From: a virus
Virus record (IMG/VR): IMGVR_UViG_3300043313_001521
Length of the DNA stretch: 43,720 nucleotides
Direction: 5' to 3' (one strand)
The notes under the pieces are model-generated. The model searched no databases and was not told where the DNA came from. It saw only the letters and a list, made by a program, of their open reading frames with translations. Position 1 is the stretch's first letter, and every line of letters starts with the position of its first letter. This document shows, in pieces, positions 21,680 through 29,012 of this stretch. The position numbers and the translations under genes were made by a program.

Positions 21680-23182
21680 TCAGGACCGATGGCGCCACCG
21701 GAGGTCGACCCGGTTCACGTCGAACACGTTCCCGCCCCGGGTCCGAGGATGGATGACGACCTGATGGAGGACGGTCCGCAGGATCGTGCGCTTCTCGGCC
21801 AGCGTGAGCTCGTCCCAGCCTTCGAGCACGTGGTCGGGGTCGATCTGGCCGGTCGGCGGCGGCAGGTGGTCGAGCGCCCGGGTGGCCGTGTCCTCCCGCT
21901 CATCGAGTGACGCCGCTTCCCGCTTCCACGTCTCACGGCTGATGGCCTTGGTGTCCTTGTCCGCCTGGTTCTGGTCCCGGTCGACCTCGATGTCGGCGAG
22001 CTCCTTGTTGAGCCGCACTCGGTCGGCGGCGTGCGCATCCTTGCGGGCCAGCCACTTGCGAAACTTGGGCTTGGTGAGCTCGACCATGAGCTGGCGCACG
22101 ACCTCGGCGTCCACGCCGTCCACGCTCACGCTGGTCCGGTCGCACCCGCCCCGCGAGGTGGGGCACAGGTACATGGAGGACCGGCCGGCCCGTACCGATC
22201 CCGACAGGGTCGTGCCGCAGTGGGAGCAGGTGGCGATGCCGCTGTTGAGATACCGGACGGGGTTGGTGGTGTAGCCCCGCTTGACCCGTCGACCGTCCCG
22301 GGTCTTCACCGTGCCGGCCGTCTTCAAGAAGACCTGCATCCGATCCCATGTCTCCCGGTCCACGACGGGCTCCCAGTCGCCTTCGCCGACGATCTCCGCC
22401 TGGTAGACCCGCAGGGCAGTGAGCGTGGGGGCACGGAGCAACGCTCGCACGGTCGTGGGCCGCCAGAACGCCCGGCCCCGCACGGTCGGGATCTGTCGCT
22501 CGGTCAGGTCGGCGGCGATGGCGTTGATGGTCTCGCCGGCCAGGACCCGCTCGAAGATCTCCTGAGGGATGCCAGCCACCTCTTCGTCGGGCACGAGGGT
22601 GGCGCCACCCTTGGTCGGACGGGGTCCTCGGACGTAGCCGAAGCAGACACCGCCGTTGGCCTTGCCGTTGCGGGCCAGCACCTCCTGCCCCTTGCGCACG
22701 TTCAAGCTCACGGTCTCCGCGTAGTCGGAGTCGATGACCATGTCGATCTTGGACTTGATGGACTTGCCCTTGCCGATGTCCACGATCCCGCCCTTGCCCC
22801 AGCAATGCCACTGGTCGATGCCGGCGGCGAGGCAGTCCTGGCGGAGCTTGGCGTACTCGATCTCGTTGCGGATGAACCGGGACTGGCTCTTGGTGACGAC
22901 TGCGCCGACCTTGCCGGCCCGGATGTCGGCCCGCATCTGGTTGAACGCCGGGCGCTCGGTCTCAGCGTGCGACGCCGAGATGTTGTCGTCGGCGTAGATC
23001 TGGTAGCCCCGGCCCGGCCACGTGAGGCCCACGTAGTGGATGGCCCCGTCGTTCTGGTTCCCGACGGAGTCGATCGTCCCGTTGGGGTTGGCCGAGTAGC
23101 GGGAGTAGATGGCAGCAGGCAACTCATCGAGCACTGCCTGCGGGTCTGGATGGAGGTTGGGTAGCGCAGATCTGTTCGGCAT
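21680..23182 (-). CDS. int: Large serine recombinase (integrase)
   Basis: N-terminal resolvase-type segment (AAIYSRYS...) followed by a recombinase domain. A zinc-ribbon (CSHCGTTLSG...YLCPTSRGGC) and a coiled-coil complete the protein. The start is set at ATG 23182, with an alternative at 23194. Confidence 0.85.
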   Translation of the reverse strand: MPNRSALPNLHPDPQAVLDELPAAIYSRYSANPNGTIDSVGNQNDGAIHYVGLTWPGRGYQIYADDNISASHAETERPAFNQMRADIRAGKVGAVVTKSQSRFIRNEIEYAKLRQDCLAAGIDQWHCWGKGGIVDIGKGKSIKSKIDMVIDSDYAETVSLNVRKGQEVLARNGKANGGVCFGYVRGPRPTKGGATLVPDEEVAGIPQEIFERVLAGETINAIAADLTERQIPTVRGRAFWRPTTVRALLRAPTLTALRVYQAEIVGEGDWEPVVDRETWDRMQVFLKTAGTVKTRDGRRVKRGYTTNPVRYLNSGIATCSHCGTTLSGSVRAGRSSMYLCPTSRGGCDRTSVSVDGVDAEVVRQLMVELTKPKFRKWLARKDAHAADRVRLNKELADIEVDRDQNQADKDTKAISRETWKREAASLDEREDTATRALDHLPPPTGQIDPDHVLEGWDELTLAEKRTILRTVLHQVVIHPRTRGGNVFDVNRVDLRWRHRS

Positions 23183-23189
23183 GCCTTGT

Positions 23190-23219
23190 ACCATATCGTG
23201 AACGTACACACGAGTGCAA
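23190..23219 (-). promoter_or_regulatory. Candidate promoter giving a leaderless int transcript
   Basis: Read on the minus strand: TTGCAC (23219-23214), an 18-nt spacer, then TATGGT (23195-23190). The -10 element ends 7 nt upstream of ATG 23182. Confidence 0.3.
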
Positions 23220-23327
23220 ATGTCACCCCTAGGTGACAAGGCTAGGCAGGTCATGGCACCGGTCCCTACCTGCACCACCATGGTCCGGCTAGGGTTGGCG
23301 GACACCACCAACCTACCGGAGGACACC

Positions 23328-23540
23328 ATGACGGAGCGCCAAGCCCTTCACGCCTACCTCGGCCAAGAAGCTCATGCCGGTTGGCAGGACTTCGCCGAGC
23401 AGAACGGCGTGTCAGCCACCAGCCTGTGCGAGGTCATCGGCGTCGACCTGGGCGGGGCCGTCCTGACCGGCGACGACGTCTTCCCCGACCTCGTGAAGCG
23501 TGCCCGCAAGATCGACGCCGTGAGGCGGCGCCGGGGATGA
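23328..23540 (+). CDS. Small HTH-like protein beside int (candidate immunity regulator), paralogue of 15476..15719
   Basis: GGAGG ribosome-binding site plus ATG at 23328. 70 aa, with FAEQNGVSATSLCEVIG looking like an HTH and a basic RKIDAVRRRRG tail. It is transcribed divergently from int. Confidence 0.6.
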   Translation: MTERQALHAYLGQEAHAGWQDFAEQNGVSATSLCEVIGVDLGGAVLTGDDVFPDLVKRARKIDAVRRRRG

Positions 23541-23752
23541 GCGTCGAGGACATCTTCGACGTGGGCCACCAGCACCCCGGTGGCGGCCACGGCGGCATGC
23601 CCATCCACGTGACGCTCTGCGTCCAGTGCGACATCATCACGGCGGAGAAGGGCTCGGCCTGGTGCCGGCACTGCCACCCCCGGCACGCCCGTCCGATGCT
23701 CCCATCCGACAAGTTCCTGGACCGGTGGCGCTACGTGCAAGGCGTCTCGTGA
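23537..23752 (+). CDS. Small Cys/His-rich protein (71 aa)
   Basis: ATGA overlap with the upstream gene. Contains CVQCD...CRHCHPRH. Confidence 0.55.
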   Translation: MSVEDIFDVGHQHPGGGHGGMPIHVTLCVQCDIITAEKGSAWCRHCHPRHARPMLPSDKFLDRWRYVQGVS

Positions 23753-23838
23753 ACGACGCCATCACGGTCCTCTCGCTTGTGGTGCTGGTGGCGATGGTGG
23801 TGCTCATCCTGCGCTGGATGGACTCCACCCGCCGGTGA
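23749..23838 (+). CDS. 29-aa single-pass membrane peptide
   Basis: GTGA overlap with the upstream stop. The sequence VNDAITVLSLVVLVAMVVLILRWMDSTRR has one hydrophobic helix. A terminator follows immediately. Confidence 0.45.
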   Translation: MNDAITVLSLVVLVAMVVLILRWMDSTRR

Positions 23839-23844
23839 CCCGCT

Positions 23845-23878
23845 GGGTGGCCCCGGGCATCAGCTCCCGGGGCCACCC
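23845..23878. terminator. Bidirectional terminator hairpin between the convergent plus-strand cassette and the minus-strand early operon
   Basis: gggtggccccggg-catcagct-cccggggccaccc forms a perfect 13-bp stem. Confidence 0.7.
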
Positions 23879-24003
23879 TGGTGCTCGGGACCCGGTTCTC
23901 CATCCGAACCGGGGAGCACGCTCTCGTCCTCGTCGGCCTCTGACTCTTCGAGCAGGCGCTTGATGGCCTCGGCGTGGACCTTCCAGTCGTCGCTCTCAGT
24001 CAA
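23860..24003 (-). CDS. Possible small acidic protein (47 aa), absent from the ORF track
   Basis: TTG start preceded by GGGGGAGAG, overlapping the upstream stop (TTGACTGA). About 80% GC3 by eye. Its stop codon falls in the loop of the 23845-23878 hairpin. Confidence 0.4.
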   Translation of the reverse strand: MTESDDWKVHAEAIKRLLEESEADEDESVLPGSDGEPGPEHQGGPGS

Positions 24004-24418
24004 CGCTCTCCCCCAACCCTTGCAGGTGCATCTTCAAGGTCAGCACCCGACGCTCGGCCGTCTCGGCCCTGGCCCGTTCGACCGATGCGTCCCGTCGGGC
24101 AGCGTCTCGTTCCCGTAGGGCGAAGAGCAGGGCGTCGGCCGGCGTCTCGGTCTCGATGGATGTCCGCAGGCGCACGTTCTCGTTGCGGAGCTCGATCATC
24201 TCCAGTTGGATGGCGGCGGCATGCTGGTCGGCGGCCTTGGCCACCCGGGCGATGCGCTTGGCTTCCATGCGGGCCGTGTCGAGCCTCAAGCGCAACTGTG
24301 CGAGCTTGTCATCAGCCAGGTCGAGCTCAACCTCAGCGTCATGGCGCTTGCCTCTCTCGTCGTTGAGCTCCCGCCGGAGCTGGGCGATCAGGTCGTAGGC
24401 GTTCTGGGTCTCGCTCAC
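23996..24418 (-). CDS. Coiled-coil protein (140 aa)
   Basis: Heptad-rich Arg/Glu/Leu/Ala sequence. ATGA overlap with the macrodomain gene. Confidence 0.7.
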   Translation of the reverse strand: MSETQNAYDLIAQLRRELNDERGKRHDAEVELDLADDKLAQLRLRLDTARMEAKRIARVAKAADQHAAAIQLEMIELRNENVRLRTSIETETPADALLFALRERDAARRDASVERARAETAERRVLTLKMHLQGLGESVD

Positions 24419-24912
24419 TCATCCCCCTCGTGCTCGTCGTACACGTGCACGTCTTTGGCGTACAGGATGCTGTTCACCAACGGCTCGACCTCTTCCCACC
24501 GGCCCCCGGCCAGCCCGCAGCCGATGCGGGGCATGACGATCACGTGCTCGTCATCATCAGCCAGCTCACCCAGGCATTCGGCAAGCGCCTGTAGGTCGAG
24601 CGGGTGGGGGTTGACCCGGGTGCGCAGGCCGTGCTGGGCGACCATGTTGGCGACCCACCGGCCATGCCACGGCCCTCGGTGTACCTCCCGGCCGACACCG
24701 ACGAACTGGACGGCACCCAACCGGAAGGGGTGGAGCGACCAGTCGCCTCGGTGCCAGCGCACGTACTGCTCTTTGGCCCGGGGGTAGGTGGTGGCGATCT
24801 TGCGGGCGAACCCGGCCCCGTAGGCGCCGGTGTCGGAGAGGATGTGGGCGATGGTGAGCCGACCGGGCAGGTCGGGCTCAACGGCGTCACCGACGTGGTA
24901 GGTGATGGTCAC
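24415..24912 (-). CDS. Macrodomain protein, TARG1/DarG-like class
   Basis: ITYHVGD...IAHILSDTGAYGAGFA aligns by eye with human TARG1 ITYVKGD...LAHCISEDCRMGAGIA. Likewise VMPRIGCGLAGGRWEEV aligns with MPRIGCGLDRLQWENV. Confidence 0.75.
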   Translation of the reverse strand: MTITYHVGDAVEPDLPGRLTIAHILSDTGAYGAGFARKIATTYPRAKEQYVRWHRGDWSLHPFRLGAVQFVGVGREVHRGPWHGRWVANMVAQHGLRTRVNPHPLDLQALAECLGELADDDEHVIVMPRIGCGLAGGRWEEVEPLVNSILYAKDVHVYDEHEGDE

Positions 24913-25169
24913 GGGTCGGGCTCGCCCTTCTCGATGTCGTCAACCATCTGGGCCAGGGCCACGCCTGGGAACACGGGCTCGCCGGGAACCGGGCTTACGT
25001 CAAGTGGCACGCGCTCATCGACCTGCCCGGCGATCGACCGGTAGAGCCGTGCGGTAGCGTCGGCGATGTCGTGGTCGCCGTGATCTCGAAGTTCGTCGGT
25101 GAGCTGGCGCAGGCCGAGCAGGGCGTCATCCACGACCGCCCGCAGCCGGGTGATCTCGTCGTTGCTCAT
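24909..25169 (-). CDS. Hypothetical protein (86 aa)
   Basis: Internal Met (MSNDEITRL...) in an ATGA overlap with the upstream stop. Confidence 0.6.
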   Translation of the reverse strand: MSNDEITRLRAVVDDALLGLRQLTDELRDHGDHDIADATARLYRSIAGQVDERVPLDVSPVPGEPVFPGVALAQMVDDIEKGEPDP

Positions 25170-25582
25170 TGGGCTCTCTTTCGACGTGAGCGGGGTTCTT
25201 CTGGCGCCCGGAAGTCGAGTGCCCATCTGATGAGGTCACGGTAACGAACGCGGTACTCCCCATTTGGAAGCTTGAATGCTTGCGGACAGAACTCTCCGCG
25301 AGACGTCCACTTGGTGAGGGTGGAGTACGAGACGCTGAGCACCGCGGCCGCCTGGCGGAGCGTGAGGAGAGTGTCGTCGTGGGGTGCAGGAGTCGCGGCC
25401 ACGGCGATCAGCCGGTTGACCAACTCGTTCACGACGATGCGCCGGTGCCGGTTGACGGCCGTCGATCCGCTGGTCTCGCCACACAGGATGCACGTCGTCA
25501 CGGTGGCGCCGCCGACGCCGACGCTGCCCGGAAGGTGGTCGAGGGGGCAAGGGATCGTTAGCGGCGACCGGTCGTCGCTCAC
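25166..25582 (-). CDS. Excisionase-type HTH DNA-binding protein with an N-terminal Cys motif
   Basis: LTLRQAAAVLSVSYSTLTKWTSRGEF...YRVRYRDLIRW fits the HTH pattern. CPLD...CILCG lies upstream of it. Confidence 0.7.
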   Translation of the reverse strand: MSDDRSPLTIPCPLDHLPGSVGVGGATVTTCILCGETSGSTAVNRHRRIVVNELVNRLIAVAATPAPHDDTLLTLRQAAAVLSVSYSTLTKWTSRGEFCPQAFKLPNGEYRVRYRDLIRWALDFRAPEEPRSRRKRAQ

Positions 25583-25956
25583 GTGTCCTCCCCGGTCGGG
25601 TTTCCGTCAAGTTGGTCGAGTGCTACGGCAACGGCCTGCCACGCGACCGCTTCCTGTCTAGGGCGCCCGCGTTGTCGCCGATACGCCCACGCCGCATCCA
25701 CGACCGCCCGCAGCCGGTCCCGCTCGGCCACGACCGCTTTCACGTGGTCCACGATCTGGTCGAAGCCGATGATGGCGTCCCGGTCGCCGGTGACGGCGAA
25801 GGCGATGTGGGATAGCTCGTCGGCGTAGATGTCGAGGGCCGAGCTGAGCTCAGCGTGACGCCGTGCCGCCAGCTCGACCTCGTGACGCAGGTCGGCGAAG
25901 TACACCTTGGGCTGGTCGTCGGACTCCGTGGCAGTGATGGGCTGATGGTCCATCAT
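25579..25956 (-). CDS. Hypothetical protein (125 aa)
   Basis: High GC3 and an ATGA overlap with the downstream gene. Confidence 0.65.
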   Translation of the reverse strand: MMDHQPITATESDDQPKVYFADLRHEVELAARRHAELSSALDIYADELSHIAFAVTGDRDAIIGFDQIVDHVKAVVAERDRLRAVVDAAWAYRRQRGRPRQEAVAWQAVAVALDQLDGNPTGEDT

Positions 25957-25984
25957 GGTCTCCTAGCATGTTTAGACATACAGG

Positions 25985-26191
25985 TCAGGGTTTCTCATTT
26001 GGTGGGGGAGCCGCACCGAGCTTGCCTGCTGCGTACGCCGTCACCGCGTTGAACCCAACCAGCCACCACCGCTCGCCCCGGGTGAGCCCGACCAGGAACA
26101 CCACGAACCAGCCGACGGCCGTCCACAGCCAGAACCCGGTCCACACCCGACGATGCCGGGTCGGCCAGTAGAACCAGCTATCGTTTGTCAT
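25985..26191 (-). CDS. Small Trp-rich membrane protein with two transmembrane helices (68 aa)
   Basis: Hydrophobic segments VWTGFWLWTAVGWFVVFLVGL and WWLVGFNAVTAYAAG. Confidence 0.65.
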   Translation of the reverse strand: MTNDSWFYWPTRHRRVWTGFWLWTAVGWFVVFLVGLTRGERWWLVGFNAVTAYAAGKLGAAPPPNEKP

Positions 26192-26420
26192 TGGTGACGT
26201 TCATCAACTCGGGGTAGACGGCGGCCACCATGCGGGCGCAGGCGCCGTGGCCCCACAACGCTGCGCAGATCACCGCGGTCAGCCAGCAGATGATCAACAG
26301 CCACCAGATGTCTCGTCCGGCCGCCCATCCCCCCAACGTGGAGACGGCAACCATCACGCCGACGATGCCGGTCTGCATCCACCGGCCCGGTACCAGGATG
26401 AGGGGCTGTTCGCCGATCAT
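26178..26420 (-). CDS. Small membrane protein with two to three transmembrane helices (80 aa)
   Basis: Hydrophobic segments GIVGVMVAVSTLGGWAAG and WWLLIICWLTAVICAALWG. ATGA overlap with the upstream gene. Confidence 0.65.
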   Translation of the reverse strand: MIGEQPLILVPGRWMQTGIVGVMVAVSTLGGWAAGRDIWWLLIICWLTAVICAALWGHGACARMVAAVYPELMNVTNDKR

Positions 26421-27346
26421 CGAACCGCGGGCCGCTCTTGCATGAACCGCTCGGTCGCCTTGAGGTTGGCGAGCGAACGTTCCCGACCGGGGGCATCGGC
26501 GGCGGCCTTCTGGATGGCGGCCAGGTTGGACTGTGCGGTCATGAGCGCCCGGCGCATGGCCTCGTTCTCTTTGCTCTTGGCGACGATCGTCTCGGTCAGG
26601 TCGTTGACCTTGCGGCGCAGGCGCTGGTTCTCTTCGAGCGTGGTGGCGAGGCGTGCCTTCTCGGCGTCCCGGTCGGCGGCGTCTTGGGGGTCGACGCCTT
26701 GGCCCATCTGCTGGGCCAGCCCGAGCACGGCCTGCATGGCGAGCCCCTGGATCTCCAGGAGAGCGTTGAGCGGGTCGCTGGCGGGCACGGCCACGATCGG
26801 GGGCAGGGCCGGCTCTACGAGCTCAGGGGCGGGTCCTGGGGGGACGACGGCGAGCTCGGGCTTGGTGTTGGGGTCCTCCGGTCGGGGGCCGGGGGGTGGG
26901 CCGGGATGGGGCTTGGGCTCGGGTTCGGGGACCGGGTCGGACGTGACCTTCTCTTTGACCGCCAGCCGTTCGGGCTCGACCTTCGTGGTCTTGACCGGTT
27001 GCGGCTTGGGTGGCATCTGTTCGTCGGTGAGCAGCAGCTCGATCCGGTAGGTCTGGCGGGACCCCTTTGTTCGCTTGATGGCCCCGGCGTAGGTGCCGTC
27101 CTCCAGCTCCCGCAGCATCGCCGACGGGTGCGACCGGGGATGCAGAGGCATGCCGATCTTCTCGGCGTGGGCGAACACCTTCGCCGGCGCCCGTCCGCTC
27201 TTGCATGCACACACCCCGCCCATGTCTTTGAGCGCCCACAGGAACGCCGGGATGGTCTGCATGGTTTCGGACCGCGTGTAGAGCGCCCATTTCCACGGGC
27301 CACGCTCCACCTTGATGTCCAGCTTCTCCGCTACGACGGCCATCAC
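26417..27346 (-). CDS. Hypothetical protein (309 aa): globular N-terminal domain, Pro-rich linker and C-terminal coiled coil
   Basis: High GC3. The linker is PPKPQPVKTTKVEP...PEPEPKPHPGPPPGP. The C-terminus has Leu/Ala/Arg heptads. Confidence 0.7.
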   Translation of the reverse strand: MMAVVAEKLDIKVERGPWKWALYTRSETMQTIPAFLWALKDMGGVCACKSGRAPAKVFAHAEKIGMPLHPRSHPSAMLRELEDGTYAGAIKRTKGSRQTYRIELLLTDEQMPPKPQPVKTTKVEPERLAVKEKVTSDPVPEPEPKPHPGPPPGPRPEDPNTKPELAVVPPGPAPELVEPALPPIVAVPASDPLNALLEIQGLAMQAVLGLAQQMGQGVDPQDAADRDAEKARLATTLEENQRLRRKVNDLTETIVAKSKENEAMRRALMTAQSNLAAIQKAAADAPGRERSLANLKATERFMQERPAVR

Positions 27347-27367
27347 TGTCTCCTTGGGTTGGGGATG

Positions 27368-28045
27368 TCAGTTCCGCACACTGCAGCAGTCTTGTATCGT
27401 CCGGCCCGACCCGCACGGACAGCCCAGTGACAGGGCGAAGAGCAACCCGATGTCAGCGCCGAGGGGTTGCTGGTCGAGCAGGTGCACTCTCGTGCCGGGC
27501 TGTATCAGTGACGTCTCGTCGGGGTGTTCGGCCCGGTGGCGGAAGGCGACCTGCAGGGCGCTCACGTAGCCGGCCGACCCGTCCACCTCGATGCGGTTCT
27601 CCCAGCGCACCGTGCGCCCGTCGTAGGTGTAGGTGCGGAAGATGGACGTGGCCGGCCCCGTCTCGGGGACGCACATGATCTGCAGCGCCTCACACACGTC
27701 CGGGTCGCCCATGGCGAAGCGCCGGCCCAGGTCCCCCGGTGGGGGCACGTACGGGTTGTCGGCCATCTCGTAGTAGACGTCGCAACCGATGAACGCCCGG
27801 TCGGCGTCGGAGAGCATGATGGCGGCGGCCATGATCATGGCGACGGTGTCGTCGTCATCGAGCGGGTAGGCCTCGATGAGCTGGGCGCCCCGGCACGTCA
27901 ACAGCGTGCGGGGGACATCGACACCCACGCCCCGTTCCCATACGAGCTTGGACTTGAGGCCTGTGAAGGTGCGTTCGGCGAGCACGTTCGGGTCCATGTC
28001 GGACCACGTTAACCGCTTGGCGCTGGCCCTGCCGTGGTTCTCCAA
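27368..28045 (-). CDS. SEC-C motif-containing protein of unknown function
   Basis: The C-terminal CPCGSGRTIQDCC matches the SEC-C metal-binding motif (CPCGSGKKYKKCC). The start is uncertain: TTG at 28045 or ATG at 27997. Confidence 0.65.
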   Translation of the reverse strand: MENHGRASAKRLTWSDMDPNVLAERTFTGLKSKLVWERGVGVDVPRTLLTCRGAQLIEAYPLDDDDTVAMIMAAAIMLSDADRAFIGCDVYYEMADNPYVPPPGDLGRRFAMGDPDVCEALQIMCVPETGPATSIFRTYTYDGRTVRWENRIEVDGSAGYVSALQVAFRHRAEHPDETSLIQPGTRVHLLDQQPLGADIGLLFALSLGCPCGSGRTIQDCCSVRN

Positions 28046-28188
28046 GTATTCAGCTCAACCTCAGAACGGGCGAGCTGGAGCCGGACGTCGATGGCCCGGC
28101 GGGACTCGGCGACGATATCGACCAGGGCGGTCGACGTCGAGAGCGCTTCGAGCTCGGCCACGTGGCGGCCCAGGGCCTTGACGCGCAA

Positions 28189-28210
28189 CAGCCGGCCCGA
28201 AGGCCGGCTG
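28189..28210 (-). terminator. Terminator hairpin ending the late (structural) operon
   Basis: Read on the minus strand: cagccggcc-ttcg-ggccggctg. This is a perfect 9-bp stem with a tetraloop, lying about 125 nt after the last late gene. Confidence 0.65.
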
Positions 28211-28333
28211 CCACATGATCCCTTCCCAAGGATCAGAGAGCGAGAGACTTCCCGGTCAACCGCTCGGAGGTCATCGTAGTGGACAGGCTCCCGTTGGCCT
28301 ATGGGCCATCTGGCCCAACCCCAGCTCAACGGC

Positions 28334-28546
28334 TCACAGGATCAACCAGGCGACGGCGACGAGCGCCAGCCCGATGGGCACGAGAGCGCCCCGGGTGGGG
28401 TCGACGACGCTGCGCACGCCGTCGGCGCCGGCCCGCACGGCGAACAGGAGCAGGGCGGCGATCACGAAGACGATCGCGGCGATGAGCAGCAGCCATTCGC
28501 TGGTCTCGGGGTAACTGCCGATGAGTCCAAGCATGGTGGTCTCCAT
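28334..28546 (-). CDS. Holin-like small membrane protein with two transmembrane helices (70 aa)
   Basis: Helices LLLIAAIVFVIAALLLFAV and ALVPIGLALVAVAWLIL. It is the last gene of the late operon. Confidence 0.55.
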   Translation of the reverse strand: METTMLGLIGSYPETSEWLLLIAAIVFVIAALLLFAVRAGADGVRSVVDPTRGALVPIGLALVAVAWLIL

Positions 28547-28568
28547 GGGTCAGGGGGATGTGGTGGTG

Positions 28569-29012
28569 TCAGACGGCCGTCGGCCGGAACAGCCCGGCGA
28601 TGTGGTCGATCCGCACTTGCCCGATGACGGTCGTGTAGATACGGGCGTAGGCCGTGACGATCTGGCCGGCGGTGAGGTTGTACCAAACGGCGTGCGAGAG
28701 CATCTGGCCCCGGTAGGCGAAGATGCCGGCGGCATCGCGGGAGATGCCGAAATCAGCAGAGCCCGGTGCGGGCGTGGTGGCGCCCCCGATAGAGAGCCAG
28801 GTCGCCGCACCGCTGGGGAGCGTGTTCGTGCCGGGCCACGTGGCTTCGGCCACCACGTCGATGTAGAGATGCCCGGCCCATGACATCTGGTACTGCCCTA
28901 GGTAGAAGAAGTTCTCGTTGGCTCCGAGGGTCGCAGCTGGGCTGTTCTGCACCCACGCTTCGCGGATCGGTGTGGCCAGGGCCGAGTTGAACTCCCCGAA
29001 CTTGGTCATCAT
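28569..29012 (-). CDS. Fibre-associated small protein, paralogue C of three
   Basis: Starts at MMTKFGEF in an ATGA overlap with paralogue B. It shares QMSWAGHLY and WYNLTAGQIV motifs with the other two paralogues. Confidence 0.65.
   Translation of the reverse strand: MMTKFGEFNSALATPIREAWVQNSPAATLGANENFFYLGQYQMSWAGHLYIDVVAEATWPGTNTLPSGAATWLSIGGATTPAPGSADFGISRDAAGIFAYRGQMLSHAVWYNLTAGQIVTAYARIYTTVIGQVRIDHIAGLFRPTAV

Noticed and set aside
21517-21756. Plus-strand ORF (79 aa) starting in the int-distal non-coding region and running 77 nt into the int 3' end
   Set aside because: GC3 is only moderate, there is no clear ribosome-binding site, and it would overlap int convergently. I cannot exclude a small gene in its first ~55 codons, but the support is too weak to annotate it.
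23194-23329. Upstream extension of the integrase ORF (starts at 23329 or 23194)
   Set aside because: The extension reads through the divergent control region and has a low-complexity, low-GC3 composition. The promoter-like TTGCAC-18-TATGGT would lie inside it. The resolvase-type catalytic segment begins just after Met 23182, so I placed the start there, with moderate confidence.
28009-28329. ORF 28009..28329 (106 aa) between the holin-like gene and the SEC-C protein gene
   Set aside because: Its 5' half spans the 9-bp-stem terminator hairpin (28189-28210) and has poor GC3. Only the last ~50 codons (from a GTG at 28161) look coding, and they have no convincing ribosome-binding site. I left it unannotated. 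It could be a short first gene of the early operon.
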